DNA from: Antedon mediterranea
Taxonomy: Eukaryota; Animalia; Echinodermata
DNA: 64,000 nt
Direction of reading: 5' to 3'
NCBI RefSeq assembly: GCF_964355755.1
Contig: NC_092679.1
Span: 18,583,432 to 18,647,431, forward strand
Shown here: positions 37,492 through 49,915 of the stretch, piece after piece
How the letters are laid out: every line of letters begins with the position of its first letter
Position numbering within the stretch: the first letter of the stretch is position 1
Program-made: the position numbers and the translations under genes
Notes under the pieces: generated by a model
Seen by the model: only the letters and a program-made list of their open reading frames with translations
Database searches by the model: none
Told to the model about the DNA's origin: nothing

Positions 37492-38243
37492 CGCCGTGGT
37501 TAGGATTCCGGCACCGGAACTCAACTGCCCACCGTTAGGGAATCCGACACGCTATTGCGCATGCTCATAGCTCTGGGAAGTGAATTTATAGCTTGCACAT
37601 CGAGTGCCACACACCGTACACCACACCACCGAGAGTCGGAGTGTTATAGGGATTTACTGTAGCCTAGATAGTCGTTGCGCGAGCGAGAGCGATGGATGAA
37701 ACTTGGCCTATGCCATACATGAATTAATAATTAAAATACGACTACGCCACGCGTTAAAATAATTATAATGATATTAATAAGTATCAGTATCTATCTAAGA
37801 ATCTTAATGCTGTTTTTAGCGTTGCGACCCTGACTTTCCGAACAGTTTTCACATCCACGCGGTGGCTGCCGTCAACAAATCAACTTGTGATTGCATGTTG
37901 TTATGTACAGTATAATGCGTTATGAAAAATCATAAAACTAGTCATGTAATTATATAATTCATAATGATATGAAGTTTATATATGAATGAAGCAACCACTA
38001 TTTAATTAAAAAATAAATAGGCCCACTGGTCACGTCTAACTGGTAGCCCTAGCCTAGATTAGTGGATACCGTATTAGTAGGCATCTAGGCTAGTTCGCCG
38101 TGTGGCGCAGCTATGAAATGATCTATCGCTGTTGTTGATAGGTATAGAGTCGCCGATTACCTCGCTCTGGGCATGCGCAATAGCGTGTCGGATTCCCTAA
38201 CGCTGGGCAGTTGAGTTCCGGTGCCGGAATCCTAACCACGGCG
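37492..38243. mobile_element. Mutator (MULE)-like non-autonomous element, about 80-bp TIRs, 9-bp TSD AATAGTTAT
   Basis: AATAGTTAT|CGCCGTGGTTAGGATTCCGGCACC...GGTGCCGGAATCCTAACCACGGCG|AATAGTTAT. Confidence 0.85.
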
Positions 38244-38429
38244 AATAGTTATTGTCTCAGATGTAGGGCTAGCCTACTACAGACAGGTCATAAAATGCTA
38301 CTTTATTGTCATAAAAACATTAGCGTAGATCAATCGCGGCAGAAACCTATACTACAATTATAGCATCTACAATTCTAAGCTAAATACTTAAACAAAATGT
38401 CTGGTCGTCATGAAACGATGCTTGTTTGA

Positions 38430-39693
38430 TCAGTTAATTTTGTTGTTGTCGGCCTCCACGTTTCGCGGCGAAAGAGAGGTATTGTAGAATTTTAATTTGT
38501 CAATCAATCCATAAAAATAACGATTGGTAATGTTTACTGTTCCAATAATGACTGGGTTAGGATTGATCGGTATAGGACCAGAGCAACAGTCAGACTGACC
38601 AGACTGTATTTCTGCATTAATATACAAAGCTGTGTAACTGCCGTTGTAGGTTTAAACCACATGTCGCCAAACTCCAAATTGAACCACTGGCGTATACACA
38701 AACGTACTAGTAGTTGGTTTTGTAAAAAGTGATAGTCTTAAAGAGTAAAACCAAGTTTAATCTCAAATTCACCATCTTCCCGGAAACCATTATTCAAAAT
38801 AAACTGTTGGTCATTACCTCCTTCCAAACTTTTATACCACAAACTAACCGTAAATTCTGATCCAAAATCAAAGTTACTGAACTCATCAACAACAATGCTC
38901 TGAGAACCAGTGAAGTTGGCGGCTAAACCACTTATACCAGTTGTGTATGTTAAGTCTGTACCATTAGATCTTCCATGGCGTTCATTGCTAGATGTATCAT
39001 TTACGTCACCCTCAAATGCGTAATAAGCAAGTAAATACTGGTTTTCTCCAACCAAGACACTGTTAGTAGTTAAAGATTGACTGATAGACTCATTTTCAAG
39101 ACCATTAATTGCGGATTCCGTTTCCATTGTACTGCCACCTTCATCTGATGTCACGACATCATCATTCATCTCGGATTGAGTACTAGACTCATTTTCCAGA
39201 CCACTAGTTGATGATCCCGTTACCATCATTGTATTATGACTACCTTCATCTGATGTCATATTACCATCCATCTCGGATTGAGTACTAGACTCATTTTCCA
39301 GACCATTAGTTGATGATCCCGTTACCACCATTGTATTACGACCATCTTCATCTGATGTCATATTACCATCAATCTGGAATTGAGTACTGAACTCATTTCC
39401 CAGTCCATTAGGTGAGGATTCCATACTTCATCTGAGGTCCTGACATTGTTTTGTTGATTCTCATTAAATTGGTAAGGAGCAACCAGTTGATATTCATTGT
39501 AAATATTATACCCATTCCTTTCAAGAAACTTAAAATTATTACTGAGATAGCAAATGCGTTTTGTACTCAAGATCAACATACACTTATCGCGACCAGCTAA
39601 TCTCACAAGTTTTTGGTTGTTTCCACATTTTATTTGACGTTTACCATTTACGGCAAATATTCCAAAAACCAGGATCAACATACTGCAATACAT
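38430..39693 (-). pseudogene. Type B family copy with frameshifts and the longest acidic repeat linker
   Basis: ORF pieces 39693-39358, 39424-38738 and 38627-38430 tile the intact 62003-63082 protein; frame breaks near 39425, 38740 and 38650. Confidence 0.8.
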
Positions 39694-39899
39694 GATCTGT
39701 TAAACAAAATAAAAAATACTGTATAATACATTATCTATTTCTGGAAATAAATATTTACAATTAAATAATAATAATAATGAAACAAAAAAACGAACACTTG
39801 GCAAAATTCACATTATATTCGAGAGGCTATCCACATCGAAAGTAGGCCTACCTAAACATAACTATAGAAGTCCTCTCTTATTGTAAACGAGTGAAAATA

Positions 39900-42800
39900 C
39901 AGTCGACTCCGCCTAAGTCGAATCTAATGGGACCGGTATAAAAATTCGAGTTACGCGAACTTCGACTTACAGATTTGCCAAAAAAAAAGCTAGGCCTAGG
40001 CCTAGGTTCACTCACTAGCCGCGCTATGGCTAGCTAGGCCTAGTGGATCCTGCCCTGTCTCGCGATCGCGGCCCACACGATGAGCCTTATTGAATTGAGT
40101 TTGCTTAGCTAGCTAGCTAGGCCTAATAAATGCTAAGCCTCTTTTTAGGCAATGATAAACTGTATTTTCTTTTATGGTTTAAGCCCGAAACAATACAAAA
40201 ACGTATAATAAATACATTTCGGTTTTTATTCGAAATCGGTATCCATTGTTTATTGCCATCTGTCTAGCACAAAATAGGTACCCACAAAACGCCGCTCAAG
40301 TTCTCAACTCTGAAACAACTCATACACTATATAGTCCATGGGATTTAGCTAAAAAATGACCCTTTTCTCACACAAATTGCAAGAAAAGGTTTTTTTGATG
40401 AAATGTGTTCTTTAGACCCTACTGAAGACATTTATCAACGTTAGGACATTTTTCGACAACGGGAAGTAGCCTAATTTGCATAATTAAAAATGGCGGCCAT
40501 TTTTAATAACGTACTATGTATCTTGGAAACCGCTTGTCACAGATACTTAATTATGGTGTTAAAATCGTTAGAATATATGTATTTATATTCACTTTAATGA
40601 AAAAGTTTGTCCAAAAATGAATGGAAGTGCTTTTTCTAACATTATTGACCTTTGACCTTGATTTATCATATCTCAGCAACCACTAATCGGAGATATACAA
40701 ATTAGGGCTTAAATTGTTCAGAAACTACACATTTATATCCAGTCTAATGGCATGTTTTTGCAAAAAATGGCGGATTCTAACATTATTGACCTTTGACCTT
40801 GAGTTATCATATCTTAGCAACCACTAATAGGAGAGACACAAAATATGGCTCAAAATGTTCAGAAACTACACATTTATATTTAGTCTAATGGCATGTTATG
40901 GTGGTAATTTAAAGTGCATGTAACCAGTTGATTTAATTTAGTTACTGAAAATATTCACTTTAAAAAAAATATTAGACTATGTATACATACATTATAGGTT
41001 TGGATTATTAATTAATTTTAAATTAGGTCTTACATCTTACTCAGGAGAAAGTTGGTGTTCACACTATTAACAGAGCCAACAAAGATGTCGTTTTTTTATG
41101 ATATATTGTACATACTTTAAATAGGCCATGTCATTTTGCAGGTTTATTAAAGTTTTTTTCAAATTAGTAATTTATTTTTCGATCAAATTAAATTGGCATT
41201 AAATGGCATATTCAACAAACAAATTTCTAAAGATTATTTAGTTTATACAGGGAGTTGTCTAATAACAACTCCCTGGTTTATATTTTGTGTTAAGGATAGC
41301 ATCACTCTTGAGGGCATTCTTTTAGGTTGAAACATAGTCTTATTAAGAAGGCCTTTTCTACTACTAGACGAATTGTTGACAACTGGAATTTTAAAAGATC
41401 GATATTAATGCAACATATTTAGTTTAGTTTAAATTGGCTATCGAGACTCATAATTAGGCTGACCACCACTTGCAATATTTTTGCCGTATACAGTAAAAAC
41501 CTCAGTTTCTTATGGAATTTATTTATTATTTCAATATAAACCATTATTATACAGTATGACTACTAGTGGTGTATAGTTTTTAACCTTTTATAATTTGTTT
41601 TTGTACTTTTTTTACGTGAATGTATTGTGTATGTACCATGTTTCTATGTGGTTTAATTTTTACCATTTTTAACCATCAATTTTAATTCTTTTAATATAAT
41701 TATCTTGTAATTCAGCTTCAGCTGCGAAGACGATAAGAAATAAAATAAACAAACGTGTAAACTTGTAGGCAGTTTATGAATGCAATAGTTTATGCTTATA
41801 AATTTAATGTACCAATGGCCTACTTTAAACTAAACATAATAAGTCAACGTTGCAACTCTTAAATTTTAGAGTGCCAAATCACATGTTCTAATGGATGTCC
41901 ATATAAAGAAGATTCCGGGTTTAAATCCTTTTCAAATATCGTTCAAATGTTAATAACCATACAATAGGCCATTATTGTACATAATGTGTTATTGGACTCT
42001 ATAGAAACATGTATGTTCTGAACAATTTGACACTAAAAATAATTTCATATGTACAATATTTTCAAAGTTATGCGATTTTATGTAGTGTAAAGTTCAAAGG
42101 TCAATAATGTTAGAATCGGCCATTTTTTGCAAAAACATGCCATTAGACTGGATATAAATGTGTAGTTTCTGAACAATTTAAGCCCTAATTTGTATATCTC
42201 CGATTAGTGGTTGCTGAGATATGATAAACCAAGGTCAAAGGTCAATAATGTTAGAATCCGCCATTTTTTGCAAAAACATGCCATTAGACTGGATATAAAT
42301 GTGTAGTTTCTGAACAATTTAAGCCCTAATTTGTATATCTCCGATTAGTGGTTGCTGAGATATGATAAATCAAGGTCAAAGGTCAATAATGTTAGAAAAA
42401 GCACTTCCATTCATTTTTGGACAAACTTTTTCATTAAAGTGAATATAAATACATATATTCTAACGATTTTAACACCATAATTAAGTATCTGTGACTAGCG
42501 GTTTCCAAGATACTTAGTACGTTATTAAAAATGGCCGCCATTTTTAATTATGCAAATTAGGCTACTTCCCGTTGTCGAAAAATGTCCTAACGTTGATAAA
42601 TGTCTTCAGTAGGGTCTAAAGAACACATTTCATCAAAAAAACCTTTTCTTGCAATTTGTGTGAGTTAAAAGTCTAAATCCCATGGACTAATACACTAGCG
42701 CGAGTTGTAGGACGCCGCCTATACTATACAACCTGCTTGAGAGAACCGATATGGTCCCACATTATCCCCTCTGTTGTTTGTTTATCGAATTACGTACGTT

Positions 42801-43047
42801 TCATCGGCTTTTTTAGCGCGTTGTTGCCGCGTAATTTGTGACTTCGACTTATACGATATAAATCACTAAAGAATGTGTGTATTCGGACCGCAAAAAGACG
42901 TCGACTTAGGCGAATTTCGACTTAGAAAAATTCGACTTACAAATAAAAATTACACAGTAATATATAGGAAAGAATTGGGACTTTCCTAAAAATTCGACTT
43001 TCGCGATTTTTCGACTTACGCGAATTCGACTTAGGCGGAGTCGACTG
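39900..43047. mobile_element. Tc1/mariner-type non-autonomous element (TA TSD) carrying a nested insertion
   Basis: TA|CAGTCGACTCCGCCTAAGTCGAAT...ATTCGACTTAGGCGGAGTCGACTG|TA; paralogous empty site near 29657 (GAGTGAAAATGTTACTCACTC). Confidence 0.9.
40332..42689. mobile_element. Foldback-like/hAT-like element with long inverted arms, nested in the Tc1/mariner element
   Basis: TIR TAGTCCATGGGATTTAG; about 40370-40890 is the reverse complement of about 42090-42660. ATACACTA lies on both sides, with an extra TA on the left. Confidence 0.8.
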
Positions 43048-43296
43048 TATTACTCACTCTTTAGAGTGAAACTGTTTTCACTCAAAAAGAGGGAGTCTGC
43101 ACACTTTAAGATTGGTTAAAATTGTCTGAGATTATGTAATCGATTAAAGTAGTTCACTCTGTGACCAGTGAAAATCGTTAACTAGTGACTTTCACTCTTT
43201 TAAGGGTGGTCCTTAAACACACTTCTCAAAGAGTGACCACTCTAAAAGAGTGGATTTATGACTGAACAAAATCAAACAAAAAACTAAATAAAAACT

Positions 43297-43962
43297 GACA
43301 AGCACCTCTCTATCCACATCCCCCCTTGACATATACATAACAGGTGACAAGCACCTCTCTATCCACATCCCCCCTTGACATATACATAACAGGTGACAAG
43401 CACCTCTATCCACATCCCCCCTTGACATATACATAACAGGTGACAAGCACCTCTATCCACATCCCCCTTGACATATACATAACAGGTGACAAGCACCTCT
43501 ATCCACATCCCCCCCTTGACATATACATAACAGGTGACAAGCACCTCTATCCACATCCCCCCTTGACATATACATAACAGGTGACAAGCACCTCTATCCA
43601 CATCCCCCTTGACATATACATAACAGGTGACAAGCACCTCTATCCACATCCCCCTTGACATATACATAACAGGTGACAAGCACCTCTCTATCCACATCCC
43701 CCCTTGACATATACATAACAGGTGACAAGCACCTCTATCCACATCCCCCCTTTACATATACATAACAGGTGACAAGCACCTCTATCCACATCCCCCCTTA
43801 ACATATACATAACAGGTGACAAGCACCTCTCTATCCACATCCCCCCTTGACATATACATAACAGGTGACAAGCACCTCTCTATCCACATCCCCCCTTGAC
43901 ATATACATAACAGGTGACAAGCACCTCTCTATCCACATCCCCCCTTGACATATACATAACAG
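43297..43962. repeat. Minisatellite, about 46-50-bp unit CAGGTGACAAGCACCTCT(CT)ATCCACATCCCCCTTGACATATACATAA
   Basis: About 14 direct units that vary only in CT and C-run length. Confidence 0.95.
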
Positions 43963-44039
43963 TAACAAAAATACATACAAACAACATACCAACTGAACTA
44001 TTGATGGCTGCATCGGTAGCATCGGCAACGTGATATCCA

Positions 44040-44460
44040 CGTGCATGTATTATTTGGGTCATTGTTTTTAAATTTTACACCGTCAAATTTACAAACAGGC
44101 TTATTGATAAGTAAATGAGAATTGTTAGACCTGATTCGATAACTGATTCCAAATGGGGATAATCCTTTGAAAATATGATAATTTGTGAAATTCAGTTTTA
44201 CACTTTTCGTACATAAGAACATGCTGGTCAGATGCAGTTCTTGTAATTCGACAACCTTCGGTATATAGAAGAATTACATTTTACATTATCAATTTGAATA
44301 TCGTAATGGCCATATTTGCACTTCTCTTCTATAAGAAAGCGGTAGGAGATTAAGCTCGTCAAGTCTTTCTTTGTAATCGGATTCGGGATAGTAAAGGATA
44401 AATTTAGTGGCCCACCGTTGAATTCGTTCCACTTTAATTAAATTACGTTTAGAGGTTCCA
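44040..44460 (-). mobile_element. CR1-like LINE 3' fragment
   Basis: Minus-strand translation KVERIQRWATKFILYYPESDYKERLDELNLLPLSYRRE matches the CR1-type post-RT motif. Confidence 0.65.
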
Positions 44461-44469
44461 CTCAAGATA

Positions 44470-46140
44470 TTTTACTAGCAGTTTTTATACTAACATTATT
44501 ACTTTCAATTTTAAAGTCATTTGGGTAAAGAGAGAAAAGAACAGGAGAAAGAACACATCCCTGATGGACACCCGTGTTAGTGAAAAGAGTACTAACTAGA
44601 AGAATGTCCACCTATCCTAACCACCTGTGGTCTGTTTGATAGAAAATCACCAATCCACAAGATTATGTGTGAATTAATATTCATATCACAGAGTTTCCGG
44701 AGCAGAATATGTGATTGGATAGTATTAAAGGCTGAAGAGAAATCGAAGAACATAGAGCGAACATATGATCGCGGTCTCTCGAGACCAGAAAAAACAGACT
44801 CAAAAAAAGTTAAGACTGCATCACTAACCCCTTTCTTACTCTTATATGCAAACTGACACGGATCACGTAACTCATTACAGTACATTCATTTAGCAGAAAA
44901 TGCTTAACAATGGATTATAGACACTTCATAATGATCGATGTCAAGGCAACGGGTCTAGAGTCGTTGTTAGTACTTGGTTTAGGTTTTTTAGGGAGTGGTG
45001 TTATTGAGGACTTTTTCCATATCACAGGTATACAGTAGTATGCGAATGATGTGACCAATTAAATAATTTATGAAAGACATAACTTATTTCATTCGAACAT
45101 CTTTTGATAAGCTTCGCAGAGATACCATCAGGTCCTGTAGCTTTTCCAGATTTAACATTCTTAAAACAATTCCTAATTGTATTAATGTCTAATTCTAAAT
45201 CACACATATGTAAATTATTTTTAATTTCTTGAATCACGTTATCTTTGTCATCAATAAAACGAGTCAAAACGAGTATAAAAAGTGTTCAAGTCATTTAAGT
45301 CCAAATTCGAGTCCAACTTATTTTCTTTCTTTCCGATTCCTGTTATAGATTTCAAGCCTTTCCATGTTGATTTAGTATTTTTTCTGTTTAAAACTTTTCT
45401 TTCCATACTTTTCTTTCACTTCCTTTATTTTTTTCCTTATCAACAGTTTTATTTCAGTAAGACGCGCCAAGTCATTGTTTTTAAAGGTTTCCTGTTTACT
45501 AATTATACGTTCACGTAGTTCTTTTATCCACGGCTTGTTGTTTGCATAAACTTTAAATTTCACATCTGATATAATGCTGTTCTCACAGAACTTAATATAT
45601 TCCGTTACGCATTCTGTAGCATTATCTATTGAAGACGCATTATCTAGAAAAATATCCCAATTAGTATTATCAAAGCAGTCCTTCAATTCTTCCTCATTTT
45701 CTTTGCTCCATTTCTTAACAGATTTAACCACAGGTTTTTCGCGCTTAACCTTCTGTATATATTTAGGTAAAAGATGCACCATATTGTGATCAGACAATCT
45801 AATTGCCGGGTTATTCTCAGCTTTGTACGTGTTCTTAATCTTACTGTAACAGAGGTCGATGGTTTTCTCCCTTCTAGTTGGAATATTTAGGCCTACATGT
45901 TGATATAAGTTAAGTAGGACATGATTCAACTTACACTTGTTAAAGTCACCAAGAATAATAGATACCGCTTCAAGAGATTTATTTTGAAGATAATGATAAA
46001 TCTCGGAAATTTTAGATAGCACTTGCTATATTAACATCAGCTCCAGGGTGGACATATACCATGGTAATGAATATCTGATTCTCTTGGTAGATAGAAAGGA
46101 CGCGACCGGAACGCTAGTAACTCCACACGACCATAATTAT
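44470..46140 (-). mobile_element. Decayed Rex1/Babar-like LINE (endonuclease end plus RT)
   Basis: RPFYLPRE, ILGDFN, SDHNMVHLLPKY, KDCFDNTNWDIF, NNKPWI, KATGPDGI and YVRSMFFDFSSAFNTI across broken frames. Confidence 0.85.
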
Positions 46141-46329
46141 GTAACTACTGGAATAGATTGGCGGTAGTCCAGGCTAGGTACAATAACATCAATTTCATCG
46201 AAAACGAACAATATAACAGCAAAACAACACAACCACATATTTCTATAAAATATCATAACGGTTGGATGACAACAATAAATACAAAAAAAACTTCACCTCT
46301 GCTTCTAAAACAGTAAAAATTTCAAAAAC

Positions 46330-46758
46330 TCAACACTGGATAAGGCACAGAATAGGCCTGCACTGACATCCGACATTTCTATTTACATCTTCATCCATCT
46401 CGGATTGAGTACTAGCCTCCTTTTCCAGACCAATTGTTGGGGATTCCGTTACCACCATTGTATTATCAACGCCATCATCTGACGTCATGACATTATTTTG
46501 TTGATGGTCATTTAATTGGTGAGGAGCAACCAGTTGATATTCATTGCAAACATCATTCCCATTTCTTTCAAGAGACTTAGATTCAGAACTGGTAGGCTCA
46601 AACCTAATGCATTTTGAAAGTGAAACCACCTCAAACATACATTTCTCCTGACCAGCCACTTTCACCAGTCTTTGGTTGTTTCCACATTTTATTCGACGTT
46701 TACCATTTACGCCAAATATTTCCAGAACAACGATCAACGTTAACACACCAAAATACAT
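46330..46758 (-). pseudogene. Type B family copy truncated after the first linker repeat, adjacent to a LINE
   Basis: Signal peptide, KCGNNQRLVKVAGQEKCM and a TSDD linker are present. Homology stops at about 46385 and Rex1-like LINE sequence follows downstream on the same strand. Confidence 0.7.
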
Positions 46759-47499
46759 AATCTATTAAACAAGAGAATACTGAATGTGAAAATCAGTAGC
46801 TAATTGTATTAAACAAGACTGAACATATTACATTTACGTAAAATATTCCAAGAACCAACATCAACGTTAAAATACTGAAATACATAATCTAATAAACAAA
46901 AGAAAAAATACTATACGAGGTCTTTTCCCGTGAAATTTGAACTTGGAAATAAACTTGTAAATTAATGATAAATGAACCAAATGTTGCATTGACAAAATGT
47001 ATATAAAAAAAGAAATCATCTAAGATTTAATATAGAAATATACGAGTTTTAAAACAATTCATATTTGAAAGGATACCCATGGAAGTATCTAAATATTAGG
47101 AAAAGAAATGAAGAGAAACTAACTTACAAAATGTGTACTTTGATACCACTCAGCACGCATTAAATTCTGCTCAATCTTTAATATTTATCACTTTTAGGCA
47201 ATAACTCGTTCTGTTGTCTCGAAGTATACACTGTGTGCATTTTAAACATGACAAACACACAAAAAGATGTTCAACCACTATTGTGCCAAAATAAAGCTTT
47301 TTAATTGGTTACACAGACAATGACAATGAAACTCTATCTTATTTTATTTCCAGGTAAACTTAACGAGTGTCAAATTATGTGATACCAATAAATTATTAGC
47401 ATTAGCAAGTTTAATTCAATTAATTAAAAGCTACGGTACCTTAGCAATATACATCAACTCACTTCATTTAACTCAATCAATTCCACAATGTCCAAAACT

Positions 47500-48395
47500 A
47501 TGTATGTACTAGGACCATTATTATTGTTTATTGATATCAACGACATACCTAACACATCCAAACTTTTACATTGTATTTTATTTGCCGATGACACAAATAT
47601 ATTTTACTCACATAAAAATAAAAAGACATTATTTACAATTATTAATGTTGAATTTATTAAAGTTGCAAACGTGTTTAAATTAAACGAGCTTTCCCTTAAT
47701 ATTAAAAAAAACAATTATCTTCTGTTTAATTATAAAGTTAAAGCTTCTATTAATGATCATATTTTTATTGATAATTTTAAAATGTTAACGAATTTAAATT
47801 CCTTGGTAGAAAAACTAACATGGAAACCTCACCTTCATATAATTAGTAATATAATTTCGCGAAATATTGACATTATGAATAAACTCAAATACATACTTCC
47901 GAGTCCCTCTAATATAGACTCATAACCCTATATAATAGGCCTACCTTAGTTCTATCGTATATTTCATATTGCAATTTAATTTGGGCCGTAACTATTATGC
48001 CCTTTGACAAGCCTTGAATCATCAAGAGAGACTTGAGAATTTGTGATGGTTTATCATTTCAATCTCACACCAAACCTTTATTCCTTAAGTTCAATGTTTT
48101 GAACATCTACGATATTAATAAACCCCAAACGGTTCTGTACATGTATCGTATTCACAATTTAATTATTCCACCTAATATTTCTTCATTATTTGTCAAATCA
48201 TCTGACAAGCATGCATTTAATACTAGACATGCAGATAATTATGTAACCGAAGCTTTTACAACAAACATTAGACGTAATTCTGTTTTATATATTGGTCCGA
48301 ACTTTGTAAATCTCTAGATTGAATTAAAAAACAAACCATCCATTGCTAATTTTTAATATAAACTCAAGAAATCTCTGGTCTGTACAATAAAAAAT
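47500..48395 (+). mobile_element. Decayed LINE RT 3' fragment (L2/CR1 group)
   Basis: VLGPLLLFIDINDIP...LFADDTNIF, HTKPLF, HAFNTR; frameshifted, with an A-rich end. Confidence 0.8.
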
Positions 48396-48633
48396 AATTG
48401 CCTGACATGCACAATCTGATTTGTTTTGCCTATTTATTTCCCTTTCTCTCAAATAATGTATCGATTACATTTCCATTATATTGTTGTTATTATTATACTC
48501 GGTGTCATGATTTTATTTCCATATGCATATTTGCTTTTTATCCTATATCCTAATAATACTCTGTTTATTTATTTATTATTTTTTAACTTGTTTTTTCCTA
48601 CTTCTTTATTATCCTTTTTATAGCATCTATATA

Positions 48634-48794
48634 TAAATTTACGTAAGGGCAAAATTCGGTAAATCGCGCGTTATTTCTAGAATGTTTACTCGATGGTATA
48701 TAAAATTGGATAGAAATTTACGTAAGGGCAAAATTCGGTAAATCGCGCGTTATTTCTAGAATGTTTACTCGATGGTATATAAAATTGGATAGAA
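48634..48794. repeat. Perfect tandem duplication, 2 x about 80 bp
   Basis: AAATTTACGTAAGGGCAAAATTCGG...AAAATTGGATAG repeated. Confidence 0.9.
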
Positions 48795-49395
48795 TCTCGG
48801 TACTGATTTTAACCACCTGATGTAACCCTGTTTACTAATTAAATTTAGTTGGATAATTAGTTATTGACAATTAAAACAAATTTAGGTTCAACGATTTGCC
48901 CCAAATAGGGGTGTTTTCCGATCGTGGTATACACTGTTTAATGGATGTCCTCATGAAAAATACCGGCACACAACAATACGAGGATACTTCGCATTTTCCT
49001 ATCTCCTCCTACGATAATTGTTTTTAATAGCTGAAAACCGGTTGAACAGCTAGAGTACAGTATCATAATGTTGAAGACAGGCCGATTTTCTTTCAAAAAT
49101 ACTATTTTGATAGATTTAATATACGTTTATACAAATGTATTGATTTGCGATGAATGGAACATTCCAATCTCTCAGACTCCCAGTTTGCAGGTAAACTTAT
49201 GAGCCCTTGGTTTAACACAAGTAGGTAAATTTATGGGCCCTTGGAGAATAAAACTTATATAGTATTGCAATACTTTTTTTTTTCTCTTTTGTGGCGTTAA
49301 CCACTATTTATTTATTCATTTCATTTCATCAACAGATTAATACAATTATTTCTAATAATAATAATAACTATTCATTGTTATTCTTACTTTTGTTT

Positions 49396-49449
<54 letters not shown>

Positions 49450-49500
49450 ACAATGAGAGAATGTATCTGGTGGGTGAAAATCTGTGATAATACCATACAT

Positions 49501-49680
49501 GGCTCTGTGGTCTAGTGGTATGATACTCGCCCTGTAAGCGAGAGGTTGCAGGTTCGAATCCAGCCAGAGACATTTTTTCATACAACTAAAAAATACGGAA
49601 CTTTCGCCAATGAGCTATGCTCGACGCGATTATGAGATCATGTTCCGAATATGAGCACTGTTTCTATAATTTACAGTATG

Positions 49681-49690
<10 letters not shown>
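49501..49690 (+). mobile_element. tRNA-derived repeat (tRNA-Pro-like body, non-canonical) embedded in (TA)n
   Basis: GGCTCTGTGGTCTAGTGGTATGATACTCGC-CCTGTAA-GCGAGAGGTTGCAGGTTCGAATCCAGCCAGAGACA plus T6 and a unique tail; a 5'-truncated near-identical copy is at 54002-54180. Confidence 0.7.
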
Positions 49691-49721
<31 letters not shown>

Positions 49722-49760
49722 CAAGATCAAATAAGTTAAAACTGCCTCAATATAGATTTA

Positions 49761-49803
49761 TTTTAACGACATGTTTCGGGCATAGCCCATCATCAGGTGA
49801 AAA
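49761..49803 (-). ncRNA. Minimal type I hammerhead ribozyme motif (Penelope-like element type)
   Basis: Minus strand TTTTCAC-CTGATGA-T-GGGC TAT GCCC-GAAA-CATGTC-GTTAAAA: intact core, stem II, palindromic ACATGT stem III, GUC cleavage triplet, stem I with one mismatch. Confidence 0.7.
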
Positions 49804-49915
49804 GAATTGTAACAAAGGATAACATATAAGTCACAAAATTACATAATAAAACAAATCAACCAATCAAAAATGTTAACAAACAAAAGGCATAGTTATAAAG
49901 GCACGCCTCCAAAAG

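Noticed and set aside
43213-44222. Several Cys-rich repetitive ORFs and a CRISPR-like periodicity
   Set aside because: They are translations of a minisatellite with identical units, no unique spacers, no cas genes and a eukaryotic context.
46828-46900. Extra family gene start (signal-peptide-like sequence) upstream of the 46758 copy
   Set aside because: Only a degraded local duplicate of about 70 bp with a broken frame; not counted as a separate gene.
49501-49572. Functional tRNA-Thr(TGT) gene
   Set aside because: Pro-type body, C at position 33, mismatches in the acceptor and T stems, and duplicated together with a repeat tail.
49291-49585. ORFs with YIYIYI runs (also 53832-54074)
   Set aside because: Translation of (TA)n microsatellites.
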